Positions 28,218 to 38,393 are shown, numbered from the stretch's first letter. The stretch is 64,000 nucleotides of DNA from Desulfobacterales bacterium (GCA_963674755.2 CAXXVS010000001.1:960001-1024000), one strand, 5' to 3'. The notes: generated from the sequence alone by a model not told the origin. Program-made: numbers and translations.

Positions 28218-29612
28218 TCATGACACATTACCGTTGTTCGGGCCCTGACGCGGGTAGACCCGTTGTCGTGCCTGGGCGGCTTTGACCAGGGTGTCCACAT
28301 GGATATCCACATAGTCGAAGACCCGCGCACTGCGCTTGCCCGGGGCCGGTCGCAGGACACGCCCCAGATATTGGAGCAGGCGTCCGCTGAAGCGAATCGG
28401 TGTCACCAGAAAGAGGGTTTCCAGACGGGGGCAGTCAAACCCTTCGCCGATGAGCTGGCCGGTGGCAATCAAAACCTTGACTTCGCCGGCCTGGAGCCTT
28501 TCCGTTACGGCCTGGCGCTGTTTCATGGGCACATCGCCGGTGAGCACCTCGGCCGTGATCCCGTGGCGGTATTTCAAGAGCGCCCGCAGGTTCTCGCAGT
28601 GCGCCTTGCGGTCCGACAGCACCAGGCAGACTCCTGAATCGGCCTGGTGGGCCGCGGCCACATCGGCCACGATGAGCAGGTTGCGTTCCTTGTCCTCGGT
28701 CAACTCGGAAAGCATGCGGGAATAGTCGCTGACCGGGTCGAAATAGGGCCTGAACTCGGTTTCCCGGAGGATCACCTCGGCGCAGAGCACGTCGCCGCTT
28801 TCCACCAGGGTCTGGGAGGCGATTTCCCACTGCACATTGCCAAGATGCCAGAAAATCAGTTTGGACAGGCGGTCCCGCCGCCAGGGGGTTGCCGACAGGC
28901 CCAGCATGTAGCGCGTATCAAAGGCCCGCACCGCCTCGGTGAAGGTTCGGCTGGGAGTGCGGTGGCATTCGTCCACCACCAGGTGGCCCACCCGGGGGGC
29001 TATTTCGGCGGTGCATTTGTAAAGGCTCTGGACCAGGGCCACCGTGATCTGGTTGCCGAACCGGCGGCGCCCCCCGCCGATAAACCCGATGTCCTTTTCC
29101 GGCAGCCCCAGGAACTGCTCGATGCGGGCCAGCCATTGGTGCGCCAGATCTTTGGTGTGGACGACAACGATCGTGGGCTGGCGCCGACGGGCAATCAGGT
29201 AAAGCCCCATAACGGTCTTGCCGCTGCCCGTGGGCGCACTCAGGGTGCCGAAATCCTTGGCCCCCATCTTGGCCACGGCCTCGCGCTGAAACGGTTTCAA
29301 GCGTCCCTGGAACGTAAAGGTTGTGTCGGCCAGCTTACGGCGCCGGTCTTCGAGCGCGTAGGCGATGTCCATGCGGCGGCACTGGCGCAGGAGGGTCCCT
29401 GTAAAGCCCCGCGGAATGCGAAGACCGCCGCCCTTCACCTTACGGTAAAATTTGAGCTCTTTGGGCGTCTTCCGGTTCCACCGGCCCATTCGTTCGTTTT
29501 CAATCCATTTCGGGTTGGGCAGGGTCAACGTGGCGATGAGCCACTCGGAGAGTGTTTCCGGCGAAGCGGGGATGCTCAGCACATTGGTCAGGCGCATTTT
29601 CAGGGGTGGCAT
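28218..29612 (-). CDS. SF2 DEAD/DEAH-box helicase (ResIII/SSL2-like)
   Basis: PTGSGKT, VVDECH, GLSAT, GEGFDCP, QYLGRVLR. Confidence 0.9.
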   Translation of the reverse strand: MPPLKMRLTNVLSIPASPETLSEWLIATLTLPNPKWIENERMGRWNRKTPKELKFYRKVKGGGLRIPRGFTGTLLRQCRRMDIAYALEDRRRKLADTTFTFQGRLKPFQREAVAKMGAKDFGTLSAPTGSGKTVMGLYLIARRRQPTIVVVHTKDLAHQWLARIEQFLGLPEKDIGFIGGGRRRFGNQITVALVQSLYKCTAEIAPRVGHLVVDECHRTPSRTFTEAVRAFDTRYMLGLSATPWRRDRLSKLIFWHLGNVQWEIASQTLVESGDVLCAEVILRETEFRPYFDPVSDYSRMLSELTEDKERNLLIVADVAAAHQADSGVCLVLSDRKAHCENLRALLKYRHGITAEVLTGDVPMKQRQAVTERLQAGEVKVLIATGQLIGEGFDCPRLETLFLVTPIRFSGRLLQYLGRVLRPAPGKRSARVFDYVDIHVDTLVKAAQARQRVYPRQGPNNGNVS

Positions 29613-29681
29613 GGCATCGGCTCCCGGCCGCTCCCGATGGATTTGCCGGCTAGAACGGGCTGGTTCATTGGGCCGGGACGG

Positions 29682-29972
29682 CTATTCATTCTCCGCCAGC
29701 AGGGCTTCCGCCACCCGGATGTCATAGGCTTGGTTCGGATCGAAGGACCCCTTGCGGGCATACATGGCCGACGCCTTGCGAATCGCCCCCCAGGGAACCC
29801 AGTCGTGCTTTTCCCACAGCTGGGGATCCTTGGCATTCCAGAGCCGGAAGTAGATATCGTCCGAACCCCGGCGGACATACATGCGGGTCTGGGGGTTCTG
29901 GGGGTAGGGCATATAGTAGAGGCCGCGTTCATCTTTCATGGTGGTAGGCAACCTTCCTTCATCGGGTTTCAT
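29682..29972 (-). CDS. Hypothetical protein
   Basis: 96-aa ORF rich in aromatic residues (GLYYMPYP, FRLWN, HDWVPW), co-oriented with its neighbours. Confidence 0.65.
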   Translation of the reverse strand: MKPDEGRLPTTMKDERGLYYMPYPQNPQTRMYVRRGSDDIYFRLWNAKDPQLWEKHDWVPWGAIRKASAMYARKGSFDPNQAYDIRVAEALLAENE

Positions 29973-30053
29973 TCATGGCCGTTGCGGTTTTACGCACACG
30001 GCCCACTTTCCGTCAATTGCAAAGCGGAAGCCTTTTCCGGCGCCCTTCGTTTA

Positions 30054-31439
30054 TCATTTGTCATCTTGCTCCATCCCATAGGCCCGTAGTTTGCGGCGCA
30101 GGGTATTCAATCCGATGCCCAGAATCTTGGCCGACTGGGTTTTATTGTTCCCGGTCTGGGCATAGACTTTCAGGATATGGCATTGTTCCGCCTCGGCGAG
30201 GGTGGCCGTCACGTCGGGGTCATTAGAGCGGCATTCCCGGGGGAGGGGTTTGTGCATCGGATGCAAATGCTTTTGGAGGCATTTCATCGTGATGGGCTGT
30301 CCCTGGGCCAGGTTGAGGGCCGAGTGCAGGATGGATTCCAGTTCCCGGATATTCCCGGGGTAGCCATATTGCATCAGCGCCGCGAGGGCTTCTTCGTCGA
30401 TGGCATGGCGCCCCTGGGTATCGCCGGTGCGCTTGATCAGCTCGTTGATGAGCAGCGGGATGTCATTGCGGCGTTCCCGCAGGGGCGGCAGGTGCAGCCA
30501 GGCGCCGCGGATGCGGTAATACAAATCCTTGCGGAACATCCGTTTATCGATGAGCTGATCCAGATCCTCGTTCGTGGCAGCGATGATGCGTACATCGGTG
30601 CGGCGCGGCAGACTGGTGCCCAGCTTCATATACTCACCATTTTGCAGCACCCGCAGGAGTTTGCCCTGCAATTCCAGGGGCAGGATGCCGATTTCATCCA
30701 GAAACAGGGTGCCCTTGTTGGTCATTTCGAGATAGCCGGTGCGGTCATGATCCGCCCCCGTAAAGGCGCCTTTGGTATGCCCGAAGAACTCGGCGTCGAA
30801 CAGATTGCTGTTCAGGGCAGCCATGTTGACCGGCGTGAACGGCGCTTTGGAACGGGGGCTGGCGGCGTGAATGGCCCGGGCCAGCAATTCTTTGCCGGTC
30901 CCGCTTTCGCCGGTGATCAGAACGGGAAAGGGGCTGGCGGCGTGCAACTCCGCTTCCTTGAGGATACGGATCATCTTGCGCGACTGGGTGATAATGTCCT
31001 GGAAGGCGGCTTTGTTCTGGACCTCTGGAAGCGTATCCCGCTTGTCCATGTCCAGGATATCCAGCAGGCGTTTGCGCTCCAGGGCCCGGTTGACGGTCAT
31101 GGACAGATCTTCTTCACGAACCGGTTTGACGAGGTAGTCATAAGCCCCTTTTTTGAGGCATTTGACCGACACGCGGGCCTCGTTCAAGGCCGTTATCATG
31201 ACGCATTCGGTATTGGGGCTGGTGTTTTTGATAATTTCGAGCAGTTCCATGCCATCCATCTCCGGCATGGTCACATCAATCAGGGCCACGTCGAAGGTCT
31301 CACCGGCATCGAAGCGGTTGGCCGCTTCCAGGGGATCGTCAATGCAGATAATATCCTGAAAACCGATGCTTTTCAGCTTCAACAGAACGATTTCCAGATA
31401 ATCGCGGTCATCGTCAATGACAAGAATGCGGTTGGACAT
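30054..31439 (-). CDS. Sigma-54-dependent response regulator (NtrC family)
   Basis: REC domain, GESGTGKE, GAFTGA, LFLDEIG, YPGNIRELE, Fis-type HTH. Confidence 0.94.
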   Translation of the reverse strand: MSNRILVIDDDRDYLEIVLLKLKSIGFQDIICIDDPLEAANRFDAGETFDVALIDVTMPEMDGMELLEIIKNTSPNTECVMITALNEARVSVKCLKKGAYDYLVKPVREEDLSMTVNRALERKRLLDILDMDKRDTLPEVQNKAAFQDIITQSRKMIRILKEAELHAASPFPVLITGESGTGKELLARAIHAASPRSKAPFTPVNMAALNSNLFDAEFFGHTKGAFTGADHDRTGYLEMTNKGTLFLDEIGILPLELQGKLLRVLQNGEYMKLGTSLPRRTDVRIIAATNEDLDQLIDKRMFRKDLYYRIRGAWLHLPPLRERRNDIPLLINELIKRTGDTQGRHAIDEEALAALMQYGYPGNIRELESILHSALNLAQGQPITMKCLQKHLHPMHKPLPRECRSNDPDVTATLAEAEQCHILKVYAQTGNNKTQSAKILGIGLNTLRRKLRAYGMEQDDK

Positions 31440-31586
31440 GGCAGCGACCTCGACAGAAAGCGGATCCACGTCATACGAAAACGTGCTCGATTCCCGGGCG
31501 ATTCGTTTCAGGCCTGGTACCACAATGCCGCGGGGGGAGGCATCGACTAGTATCCCGGGCCCTTGTCCCCCGAACGGCCATACAGA

Positions 31587-31674
31587 ATGCCAAAATGGAC
31601 TATGCCAAAATGGAACTGGCGGAATAAATATCTGAATTTAAATGGAATGTAAAGAGAAGTGTTCCAAAATGGTA
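31587..31674. promoter_or_regulatory. Putative enhancer (UAS) repeats for the sigma-54 activator
   Basis: ATGCCAAAATGGA at 31587 and 31602, TTCCAAAATGGTA at 31662; each is a CCA-AAA-TGG pseudo-palindrome. Confidence 0.55.
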
Positions 31675-31782
31675 GGCGTTTTAATGCCTTGGCAGGGGCT
31701 GAAATTGTTCCGCAGCATGCCTATTAATTCATAACGAGCTGAAAAAAGGGGGATAAATCCATTCTATTCATTTCGACGGCCC

Positions 31783-31798
31783 TGGCCTGGACTTTGCT
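31783..31798 (+). promoter_or_regulatory. Sigma-54 promoter of the metF-like gene
   Basis: TGGCCTGGACTTTGCT, GG-N10-GC, divergent from an NtrC-type activator gene. Confidence 0.6.
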
Positions 31799-31909
31799 TT
31801 AGACCCTCACCATGAGACAGTTGTGGAACAGCAAATTGGCAGGGCGTGCGCCTGGATGTCTAAAGCGGTACCCCTTTTCCCCTCGGCCAAGTCGGATGGA
31901 GGAGCGGTA

Positions 31910-32887
31910 ATGCACTTGAAATGCAAATTCGACAACGGTGAATTTGCGCTTCTGGCCGAATTGCAGCCGCCCAAAGGAGCGGACATCTCCCGCATGATGG
32001 CCAACATTCAACCGGTTCGTGACAGTGTAGATGCCTTCGTGGTTACGGATATGTACAACGGCATCATGCACATGAGCGCCCTTTCGAGTGCCATGCTTTT
32101 ACAGGCCCGCGGCGTCGAGACCGTGATGCAGGTATGCGTGCGCGACCGCAATCGCCTGGCCTTGCAGGCGGACCTGCTGGGGGCCAACGCCTGTGGGATC
32201 ATGAATCTTTTGGCGGTCACCGGGGAAGATCCGACCTTTGGTGATCATCAGCAAGCCATCGCCGTCCACGACCTCGATCATCTCGATTTGCTCTATGCCA
32301 TCAGCAGCCTGCAAAGGGGCAAGGACCTGGCGGGCCGAGACCTTGACGGCGTGCCGCAATTTCTGATCGGATCGACGGTCAATTCGAATTTGAAAGGCCA
32401 GGCGCTGGAATTGGAAATCGAGAAGATGAATCGGCGCTGGGAGGCCGGCGCGCGTTTTTTTGTGACACCGCCGGTATTCGATCTGGCCAGTATGGCGTCT
32501 TTTTTCGAACGGGTCGATCCCCACAAGTTCAAAATCATTCCTTCGGTGCTGCTTCTCAAATCGTTGGGGATGGCGCGCTATATTGAGCGCAATCTCAAGC
32601 ATATCTACATCCCACCCACCCTGATCCAGCGCCTTCAGACCGCCAGGGACAAAAGCCGGGAATGTCTCCGCATCACGCAGGAGCTGGTCGCCGCCCTGAA
32701 GGATGAGGGGTTTAGTGGGGTCCAGATTACAACCCTTGGTCGCGAGGATCGGCTTGCGGCATTGCTGGAAAAAGCGGGAGATGAGGATCGCCCGACCCTG
32801 CAATACGCCGGCGTGGTCGAGGAAAATACAAAGGAGGTTACCGATGGCCGAAAAAAAACGCATCCTGGTAGTGGACGACGAACCTGA
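31910..32887 (+). CDS. Methylenetetrahydrofolate reductase (MetF)-like protein, divergent
   Basis: ELQPPKG, RDRNRLALQADLLGA, TGEDP..GDH, AGARFFVT; GGAGG RBS; 3' end overlaps the next gene by 44 bp. Confidence 0.82.
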   Translation: MHLKCKFDNGEFALLAELQPPKGADISRMMANIQPVRDSVDAFVVTDMYNGIMHMSALSSAMLLQARGVETVMQVCVRDRNRLALQADLLGANACGIMNLLAVTGEDPTFGDHQQAIAVHDLDHLDLLYAISSLQRGKDLAGRDLDGVPQFLIGSTVNSNLKGQALELEIEKMNRRWEAGARFFVTPPVFDLASMASFFERVDPHKFKIIPSVLLLKSLGMARYIERNLKHIYIPPTLIQRLQTARDKSRECLRITQELVAALKDEGFSGVQITTLGREDRLAALLEKAGDEDRPTLQYAGVVEENTKEVTDGRKKTHPGSGRRT

Positions 32888-33236
32888 TTTCGCTCTGTTG
32901 GTACAGGGTAATCTGCAAAAGGAAGGCTTCGACGTCGATGTGGCTTACAATGGTGTCGAAGGGTTGGAGAAAATAAAACAAAATCCACCGGATGCCATTG
33001 TGCTCGATGTCATGATGCCGGAGAAGGACGGCTACGAGGTTTGTGCCGAACTCAAAAAAGATGATCGTTTTGCCGAGATCGCCATTCTCATGCTGACGGC
33101 CGTAGCGGATCACGTCACTTCCACGCGCTACTCGCATTTTGACGGGATGAGCATGGAAGCGGATGATTATTTGCCCAAACCGGCTTCGGCCGAAGAAATT
33201 ACCGAGAGTATCAAAAGTCTCCTGAATATGTCCTGA
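32844..33236 (+). CDS. Stand-alone response regulator receiver protein
   Basis: AAGGAGG RBS; ILVVDDEPD, LDVMMP, MLTA, YLPKP. Confidence 0.9.
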   Translation: MAEKKRILVVDDEPDFALLVQGNLQKEGFDVDVAYNGVEGLEKIKQNPPDAIVLDVMMPEKDGYEVCAELKKDDRFAEIAILMLTAVADHVTSTRYSHFDGMSMEADDYLPKPASAEEITESIKSLLNMS

Positions 33237-33519
33237 GAATGCCGATTCGGTTATCTGGTCGGAGAGGGTTTCTGCAGGCAGGGGCTGCCGGCGAAACAGG
33301 ACCGACAAGGCCCGCTTTCGGGATACTTTAATGATTCGTGGCGGCCATTGTCGAGCCGTTGTGAGGGGGGGGCGTGATCCAGGGCATAATGGCGGACTTG
33401 CGGAATAGCCCCAGAAAAGATATGAGACATACAGGGTTCCTGCTCGCGGCAGCGCGGTCTTCCCCGGACGGTAAGTGTTGCTACATTGAAACCTCCCCGT
33501 TCTTGCGAATGCGAGGGTC

Positions 33520-34401
33520 TTGATGGCCATTGATGCCAAGTCCTTCCGAAACCCCAAATCCGCTTTCGAGATTCAGTGCAAGGTTTATTGCATCCTGGGC
33601 GATGAGCGGGTATTCAACTCCAAATCCCCCGAAATATTTTCCGCCGTATTTCAGCGGGTGGGGCTCAGGGGCGCCTACGTTCCTTTTATGACGACACTGG
33701 AGCGTGTGGGCGAAGCCCTCAACAGCATTCGCGTGTTGAACATCGCGGGCGCCAACGTTACCGTGCCTTACAAGGAGTGTGTGATCCCTTTCCTGGATGT
33801 GCTTTCCGAGGGGGCTAAAATTATCGGCGCCATCAACACCATTGCCTGGGAAGGTGATGTCCTCAAGGGATACAACACCAACGCCATCGGGTTCATGGAC
33901 ACTTTGGAAGAAATCGATTATGCGGTGCCCGGCAAACGGGCCCTGGTGTTCGGTTCCGGCGGAGCGGCCAAGGCGGTGGTGTTCATCCTGAACTGGTTGC
34001 GGGCGGAAAGCGTTTATATTTCAGCCCGCAATGAGCCGCGCTCCCGCGAAATGGCCGAACGGCTGGGTGGAGAAGCGATTTCGCTGGAAGATGCCGTCGC
34101 CTCCCCCCTGGAGGTGGATCTGGTGATCAATGCCACCTCGGTATCGAGTGCAGATGAATCACCGGAATTTGCGGCCCTGGTGGACCGGCTTGACCTCAGC
34201 GGCTGCCAGTTGCTGATGGATCTCAATTATGGTCGAGAGCAGAATATATGGGAACGCAAAGCGGCCGCATCGGGGGTGGCATTTATGGACGGTCTGCGGG
34301 CGTTGGCCTACCAGGCCCGCCGCACGTTTGCCCTCTGGACCGGCATCCAGGTCGAACCCAATGAATTCCTTTCCGAGCTGCATGTGCGGTCGAAGCGCTA
34401 G
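33520..34401 (+). CDS. Shikimate dehydrogenase (AroE)-like protein
   Basis: SKSP, ANVTVPYK, GAINT, GYNTN, GSGGAAKA, INATS, DLNY, DGL...YQA. Confidence 0.82.
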   Translation: MMAIDAKSFRNPKSAFEIQCKVYCILGDERVFNSKSPEIFSAVFQRVGLRGAYVPFMTTLERVGEALNSIRVLNIAGANVTVPYKECVIPFLDVLSEGAKIIGAINTIAWEGDVLKGYNTNAIGFMDTLEEIDYAVPGKRALVFGSGGAAKAVVFILNWLRAESVYISARNEPRSREMAERLGGEAISLEDAVASPLEVDLVINATSVSSADESPEFAALVDRLDLSGCQLLMDLNYGREQNIWERKAAASGVAFMDGLRALAYQARRTFALWTGIQVEPNEFLSELHVRSKR

Positions 34402-34477
34402 TCGCGTTTCGTGCAGCCATGATGTGGAAAGGTCTTCGCTGCTTTTCAGCGGAAGGAGGATGTCAACAACGTTATCC

Positions 34478-35968
34478 TTAGCGTTGAATGGGTATCAGCA
34501 CCGTGAAGGTAGATCCCCTTCCAGGCTCGCTTTCAACTGAAATAGACCCGCCAAGAGAATCCACCAGCCCTTTGACAATCGGCAAGCCCAAACCGGTTCC
34601 CGTGATAAAACGGGTTTTTTCATTTTTTACCCGATAGAAGCGATCGAAAATTTTCCCCAGGTATTTGCCCTCGATGCCGAACCCATTGTCTTGGACGGCC
34701 AGACGGACATTGTCCCCCACCCGATCTACTTTGACGGATATTGCGCCGCCCTCCTGGGTGTAATTGACGGCATTGGTGATCAAGTTGCCGACGATGCTCT
34801 CTAAGGCGAGCGGGTCGGATTTGAATGTCGGCAGGGGATCTTCCGGCACCTGAAGGATAAGCGACTGGTGTTTGGCTTTGGCCTGGGTCTCAAGGAAGTC
34901 CACCACGCTGCCCAACAGCTCCTCGATACGGAATTCGCGGGTTTCACTGCAGATATTGCCGGTTTCAATGCGCGAAAGATCAAGCAGGTCGCCGATGGTG
35001 GAAATCAGGCCCCTGGTCTTCTCTTTGGCACGGCTGATGAGATGCTGGTCCGTGGCATCTTCTTCTTCGGTCATGGCCTTCATCACCATGGCCAGTTGCT
35101 CGTGGATCGTGGACAGGGGCGAGCGCAGCTCATGGGATACTTTGGCGACGAACTCGGTTTTCAGTCGATCCAGCACTTTCATGGCGGTGATATCCTGGAA
35201 CGAGATCACCGCTCCTAAGCATTGCATGCGTTCCCCCATCACGGGGCGGCCCTTGACCTGAAAGAACTGGTCTTCCGATAAAACGAGCTCGTAAGTGGGG
35301 ATCTCCTCAAAATCCACATAACGCCCCCGGGAAATATCCTGAACCAGCTTGCACAACCCCTCATCCTTGATAAAGTCGGTAAACGGCGCGCCGGTGCAGC
35401 TTCCGGGCGCATTGCCGATCAACTGGCAGAAGGTCGGATTGGTCAGGACAATTTGGCCTTCCGTATTGGTGACCACCAGCCCATTGGGCAGCGATTCGAT
35501 AATCGTGCGGGTACGGCTTTTTTCCATGCCCAGATCCGCCAGCGTGCGACGCCGGTCCCGTTCGAGCTTTTCCGTCTCCTTTCGCAACAAGATTCGTTCT
35601 TTGGCCCGGTTGACCACAATACGCAGAGGATCGGGCTCGAAGGGTTTGGGGATGAAATCATAAGCACCCTGTTTCATGGCTTCGATGGCGGTTTCGACGG
35701 TGGCGAAACCAGTGATGATGATCACGAGAAGATTCGGGTCGATTTCATGCATGCGGCGCATGACTTCCATCCCGTCCATACCCGGCATCTTGAGATCGAG
35801 AAGGACGATATCAGGTTTTTTGCTGTTAAGGATTTCGAGTCCCTCCTCGCCGCGCGACGCACCGTAAACATCGCATCCCATACGGCTTAGAATACGTTCA
35901 GAGCCTTCCCGGATACCGTCTTCGTCGTCAACCACCAGAACCTTGATGTCCTCACGGTCGTTTTTCAA
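34478..35968 (-). CDS. Hybrid REC-PAS-histidine kinase
   Basis: VLVVDDE/LLDLKMP, PAS region, VSHELRSPL, NLITNAVNY, DNGFGI, GTGLGL; probable TTG start at 35968 after GGAGAG. Confidence 0.88.
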   Translation of the reverse strand: MKNDREDIKVLVVDDEDGIREGSERILSRMGCDVYGASRGEEGLEILNSKKPDIVLLDLKMPGMDGMEVMRRMHEIDPNLLVIIITGFATVETAIEAMKQGAYDFIPKPFEPDPLRIVVNRAKERILLRKETEKLERDRRRTLADLGMEKSRTRTIIESLPNGLVVTNTEGQIVLTNPTFCQLIGNAPGSCTGAPFTDFIKDEGLCKLVQDISRGRYVDFEEIPTYELVLSEDQFFQVKGRPVMGERMQCLGAVISFQDITAMKVLDRLKTEFVAKVSHELRSPLSTIHEQLAMVMKAMTEEEDATDQHLISRAKEKTRGLISTIGDLLDLSRIETGNICSETREFRIEELLGSVVDFLETQAKAKHQSLILQVPEDPLPTFKSDPLALESIVGNLITNAVNYTQEGGAISVKVDRVGDNVRLAVQDNGFGIEGKYLGKIFDRFYRVKNEKTRFITGTGLGLPIVKGLVDSLGGSISVESEPGRGSTFTVLIPIQR

Positions 35969-37127
35969 TGGGCGTCTCTCCGTTTTCAGAGGTGCTGATC
36001 GGTAATTCAATGATGAAACGTGTTCCGCAGGGCGTGTTGTTGAGAGCGCGAATCTTGCCCTCATGACTTTCAACGATGCCGTAGACGAGACTCAATCCAA
36101 TGCCGGTGCCCTCGCCTTCCTCCTTGGTGGTAAAAAACGGTTCGAAAATATGGGGCCGAATATCTTCCGGGATACCGGGTCCGGTATCGGCAATTTCGAT
36201 CACGACCCGTTCACCGTCATCCGACAGGCGTGTGCCCACGGTCAGTGTCCCCCGGCCCTGCATCGCCTGGGCGGCATTGAGAATGATATTCATGAACATG
36301 TGATTGACCTGCTGGGTATCGCCGCGAACGTTGGGGATATCGCCAGTGAGGTTGCGGATGACGGTGATGTTTTGAAAAAGGGTCTGGTTTTCTAACAGAA
36401 AAAGGGTGCGGGTAATCGCACGGTTGATATCCAGGGGGCGCATTTCGTGCCGCGTCTGTCGGGCAAATTCCAGCAATTCCTTGACGGTATCCCGGCATCG
36501 TTCGGCATCTTTGAGGATGCGGTTGAGGTCTTTGCGGGCGCCTTCTTCAAGATCGTATTCTTCCAGCATCAGGCGGGCAAAAAGGGTGATGCCGCCCAAG
36601 GGATTGTTGAGTTGGTGGGCTACCCCAGCGGCCAACTTGCCCAATGAGGCCATCTTTTCCGACTGCAACAGCTGGATCTGGGTCTGCTCCAGTTCCTTTT
36701 TTATCCGCAACGACTCCCGCAGATCGTGAAAAAAGCCCATGGTCGCGGTTTCGAGGCCGTTTTCATAAATAATAGCCGCATTGAGACTGATCGGAATCAG
36801 CGTACCATCCTTGTGCCGCACATCGATCTGGTAGGATTTTAGTTTGCCGGTTCCGCCATGCTGCTCATTGCGCAGCTTTGCCATAATTTGGTAGGCCCCA
36901 TCATCCGGGTAGACGTCGCGAATATTGAGCGATGTTAGGGCTTCTTCCTCGGTGTAACCGCTTATCTCCGAGGCGGCATCGTTGAAGATGAGGATTTTCC
37001 CTGTTTTATCCGCAGCGATAACCCCGTCGACGGAACTGTGAAGAAGGTTTTTGAGAAAGGCGTTGGATCGCCGGAGGCGTTCTTCAAAATTTTCTAAGGA
37101 GGCATCCTGGCTGTCGATGATGACCAT
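35952..37127 (-). CDS. Cytoplasmic PAS-domain histidine kinase (NtrB-like)
   Basis: [53 protein letters not shown]. Confidence 0.92.
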   Translation of the reverse strand: MVIIDSQDASLENFEERLRRSNAFLKNLLHSSVDGVIAADKTGKILIFNDAASEISGYTEEEALTSLNIRDVYPDDGAYQIMAKLRNEQHGGTGKLKSYQIDVRHKDGTLIPISLNAAIIYENGLETATMGFFHDLRESLRIKKELEQTQIQLLQSEKMASLGKLAAGVAHQLNNPLGGITLFARLMLEEYDLEEGARKDLNRILKDAERCRDTVKELLEFARQTRHEMRPLDINRAITRTLFLLENQTLFQNITVIRNLTGDIPNVRGDTQQVNHMFMNIILNAAQAMQGRGTLTVGTRLSDDGERVVIEIADTGPGIPEDIRPHIFEPFFTTKEEGEGTGIGLSLVYGIVESHEGKIRALNNTPCGTRFIIELPISTSENGETPIEKRP

Positions 37128-37682
37128 AGTTCAGCGCATTTCCTTGTTCAATGGGGGATCGGCAAGACCTCAATTGAAAGTTGTCGGCAGCGCAGTTAGA
37201 TTGGTCAATCCCCTATTTATGTACATCCCTTTTTGATTGGAGGGGGCGGGCGGATAGGGCAACGGCTTGAACAAACACCGCAGGCTGATGGCGCGACGTA
37301 TTAGGGAGCTCACGGGCGAAACAGCGCTTGATCGACAAAGGCGTTTGGGGAGCACGTTCCCATTTAAAATCATAGTCGCAAAATTTGGTTTGAATTGCAA
37401 CTCCGTTTCAGGCGCCTTTTCGAAAGTATGACCGGGATTAGACCTACTCCTTGACACCGGAAGACGTGGGGCCATCCGATAGATCTCCAAAACCCATGCA
37501 AAACGCGCTTGATATGAATATCAATTCATTTTCATAGCGACCACGAAAAAATGGCAAATTTCCGGCATAATTTTCATCGCAGTTGAAGTAAATTTTGGAA
37601 TAACATCCCATTTTTAAGACAATAATTGCATATGGTCGGCACGATTGATTTGCGCTTGACAGGGACCGGGAGCTCCTGGTAA

Positions 37683-37702
37683 ATGAATGAATATTCATTC
37701 AT
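37683..37702. promoter_or_regulatory. FadR(YsiA)-type operator 1, overlapping the TetR gene promoter
   Basis: Perfect 20-bp palindrome ATGAATGAATATTCATTCAT, directly after TTGACA(37656)-N17-GTAAAT. Confidence 0.75.
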
Positions 37703-38342
37703 GATTGGGCGGACAACGCTGCCCGAGGGGGACGTCATTACTGCCAAAGTCAAAAACGATAAATACCATCGCATTCTGGAAGCGGCCGTCACGGTGTTTG
37801 CCAAGGCGGGTTTCCACGAATCGACCATATCCCAGATCGCCAAGGCGGCGGGGGTGGCCGATGGGACTATATACCTTTACTTTAAAAATAAAGACGACAT
37901 TCTGGTTCATTTTTTCAATTTCAAAACCCGCCAGGTTTTTGCGTGTTTTCATGAAGAAGTCGACCACGCCCACAAGGCTGTGGACAAACTCCGCAATCTT
38001 ATAAAGCGCCATCTGGAAGAATTCCAGAAGGACCGCCATATGGCGGTCTTGTATCAGGCCGAAACCCATCGCATCAATCGATTGGCGGAGGAGCAGATCC
38101 GTGAAATGCACAAAATGTATCTGGACCTCATTGCTGAAATTGTGGAGCAGGGTCAGGTGGAAGGTGCGATCCGGCGGGATATTTATGTCGGCTTGGTCAA
38201 GCGCTATATCCTCGGCGGAGTCGATGAAGTGATCAACACCTGGCTGCATTCCGAACGGAAGTACGATTTAACCTCCATGGCGGATCCCCTGGTGGATCTT
38301 TTTATCCGGGGAATCGGGACTCAGCCGGCGGCGCATTCTTAG
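37701..38342 (+). CDS. TetR-family regulator, FadR/YsiA-like (fatty acid degradation)
   Basis: KYHRILEAAVTVFA..GF, IAKAAGVADGTIYLYFKNKDDIL; adjacent to fad genes; start codon uncertain. Confidence 0.88.
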   Translation: MIGRTTLPEGDVITAKVKNDKYHRILEAAVTVFAKAGFHESTISQIAKAAGVADGTIYLYFKNKDDILVHFFNFKTRQVFACFHEEVDHAHKAVDKLRNLIKRHLEEFQKDRHMAVLYQAETHRINRLAEEQIREMHKMYLDLIAEIVEQGQVEGAIRRDIYVGLVKRYILGGVDEVINTWLHSERKYDLTSMADPLVDLFIRGIGTQPAAHS

Positions 38343-38393
38343 AAACCGTTTTTGTGATGTCGAAAGACCACATATTAAAAGGAGATAGGACCG

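Noticed and set aside
28218..29972. Anti-phage defence system (helicase plus small ORF)
   Set aside because: No nuclease, methylase or other defence partner; host-like composition
37509..37524. FNR/CRP box TTGATATGAATATCAA
   Set aside because: Real palindrome, but the TTGAT/ATCAA spacing is 6 rather than 4; single instance with no assignable factor
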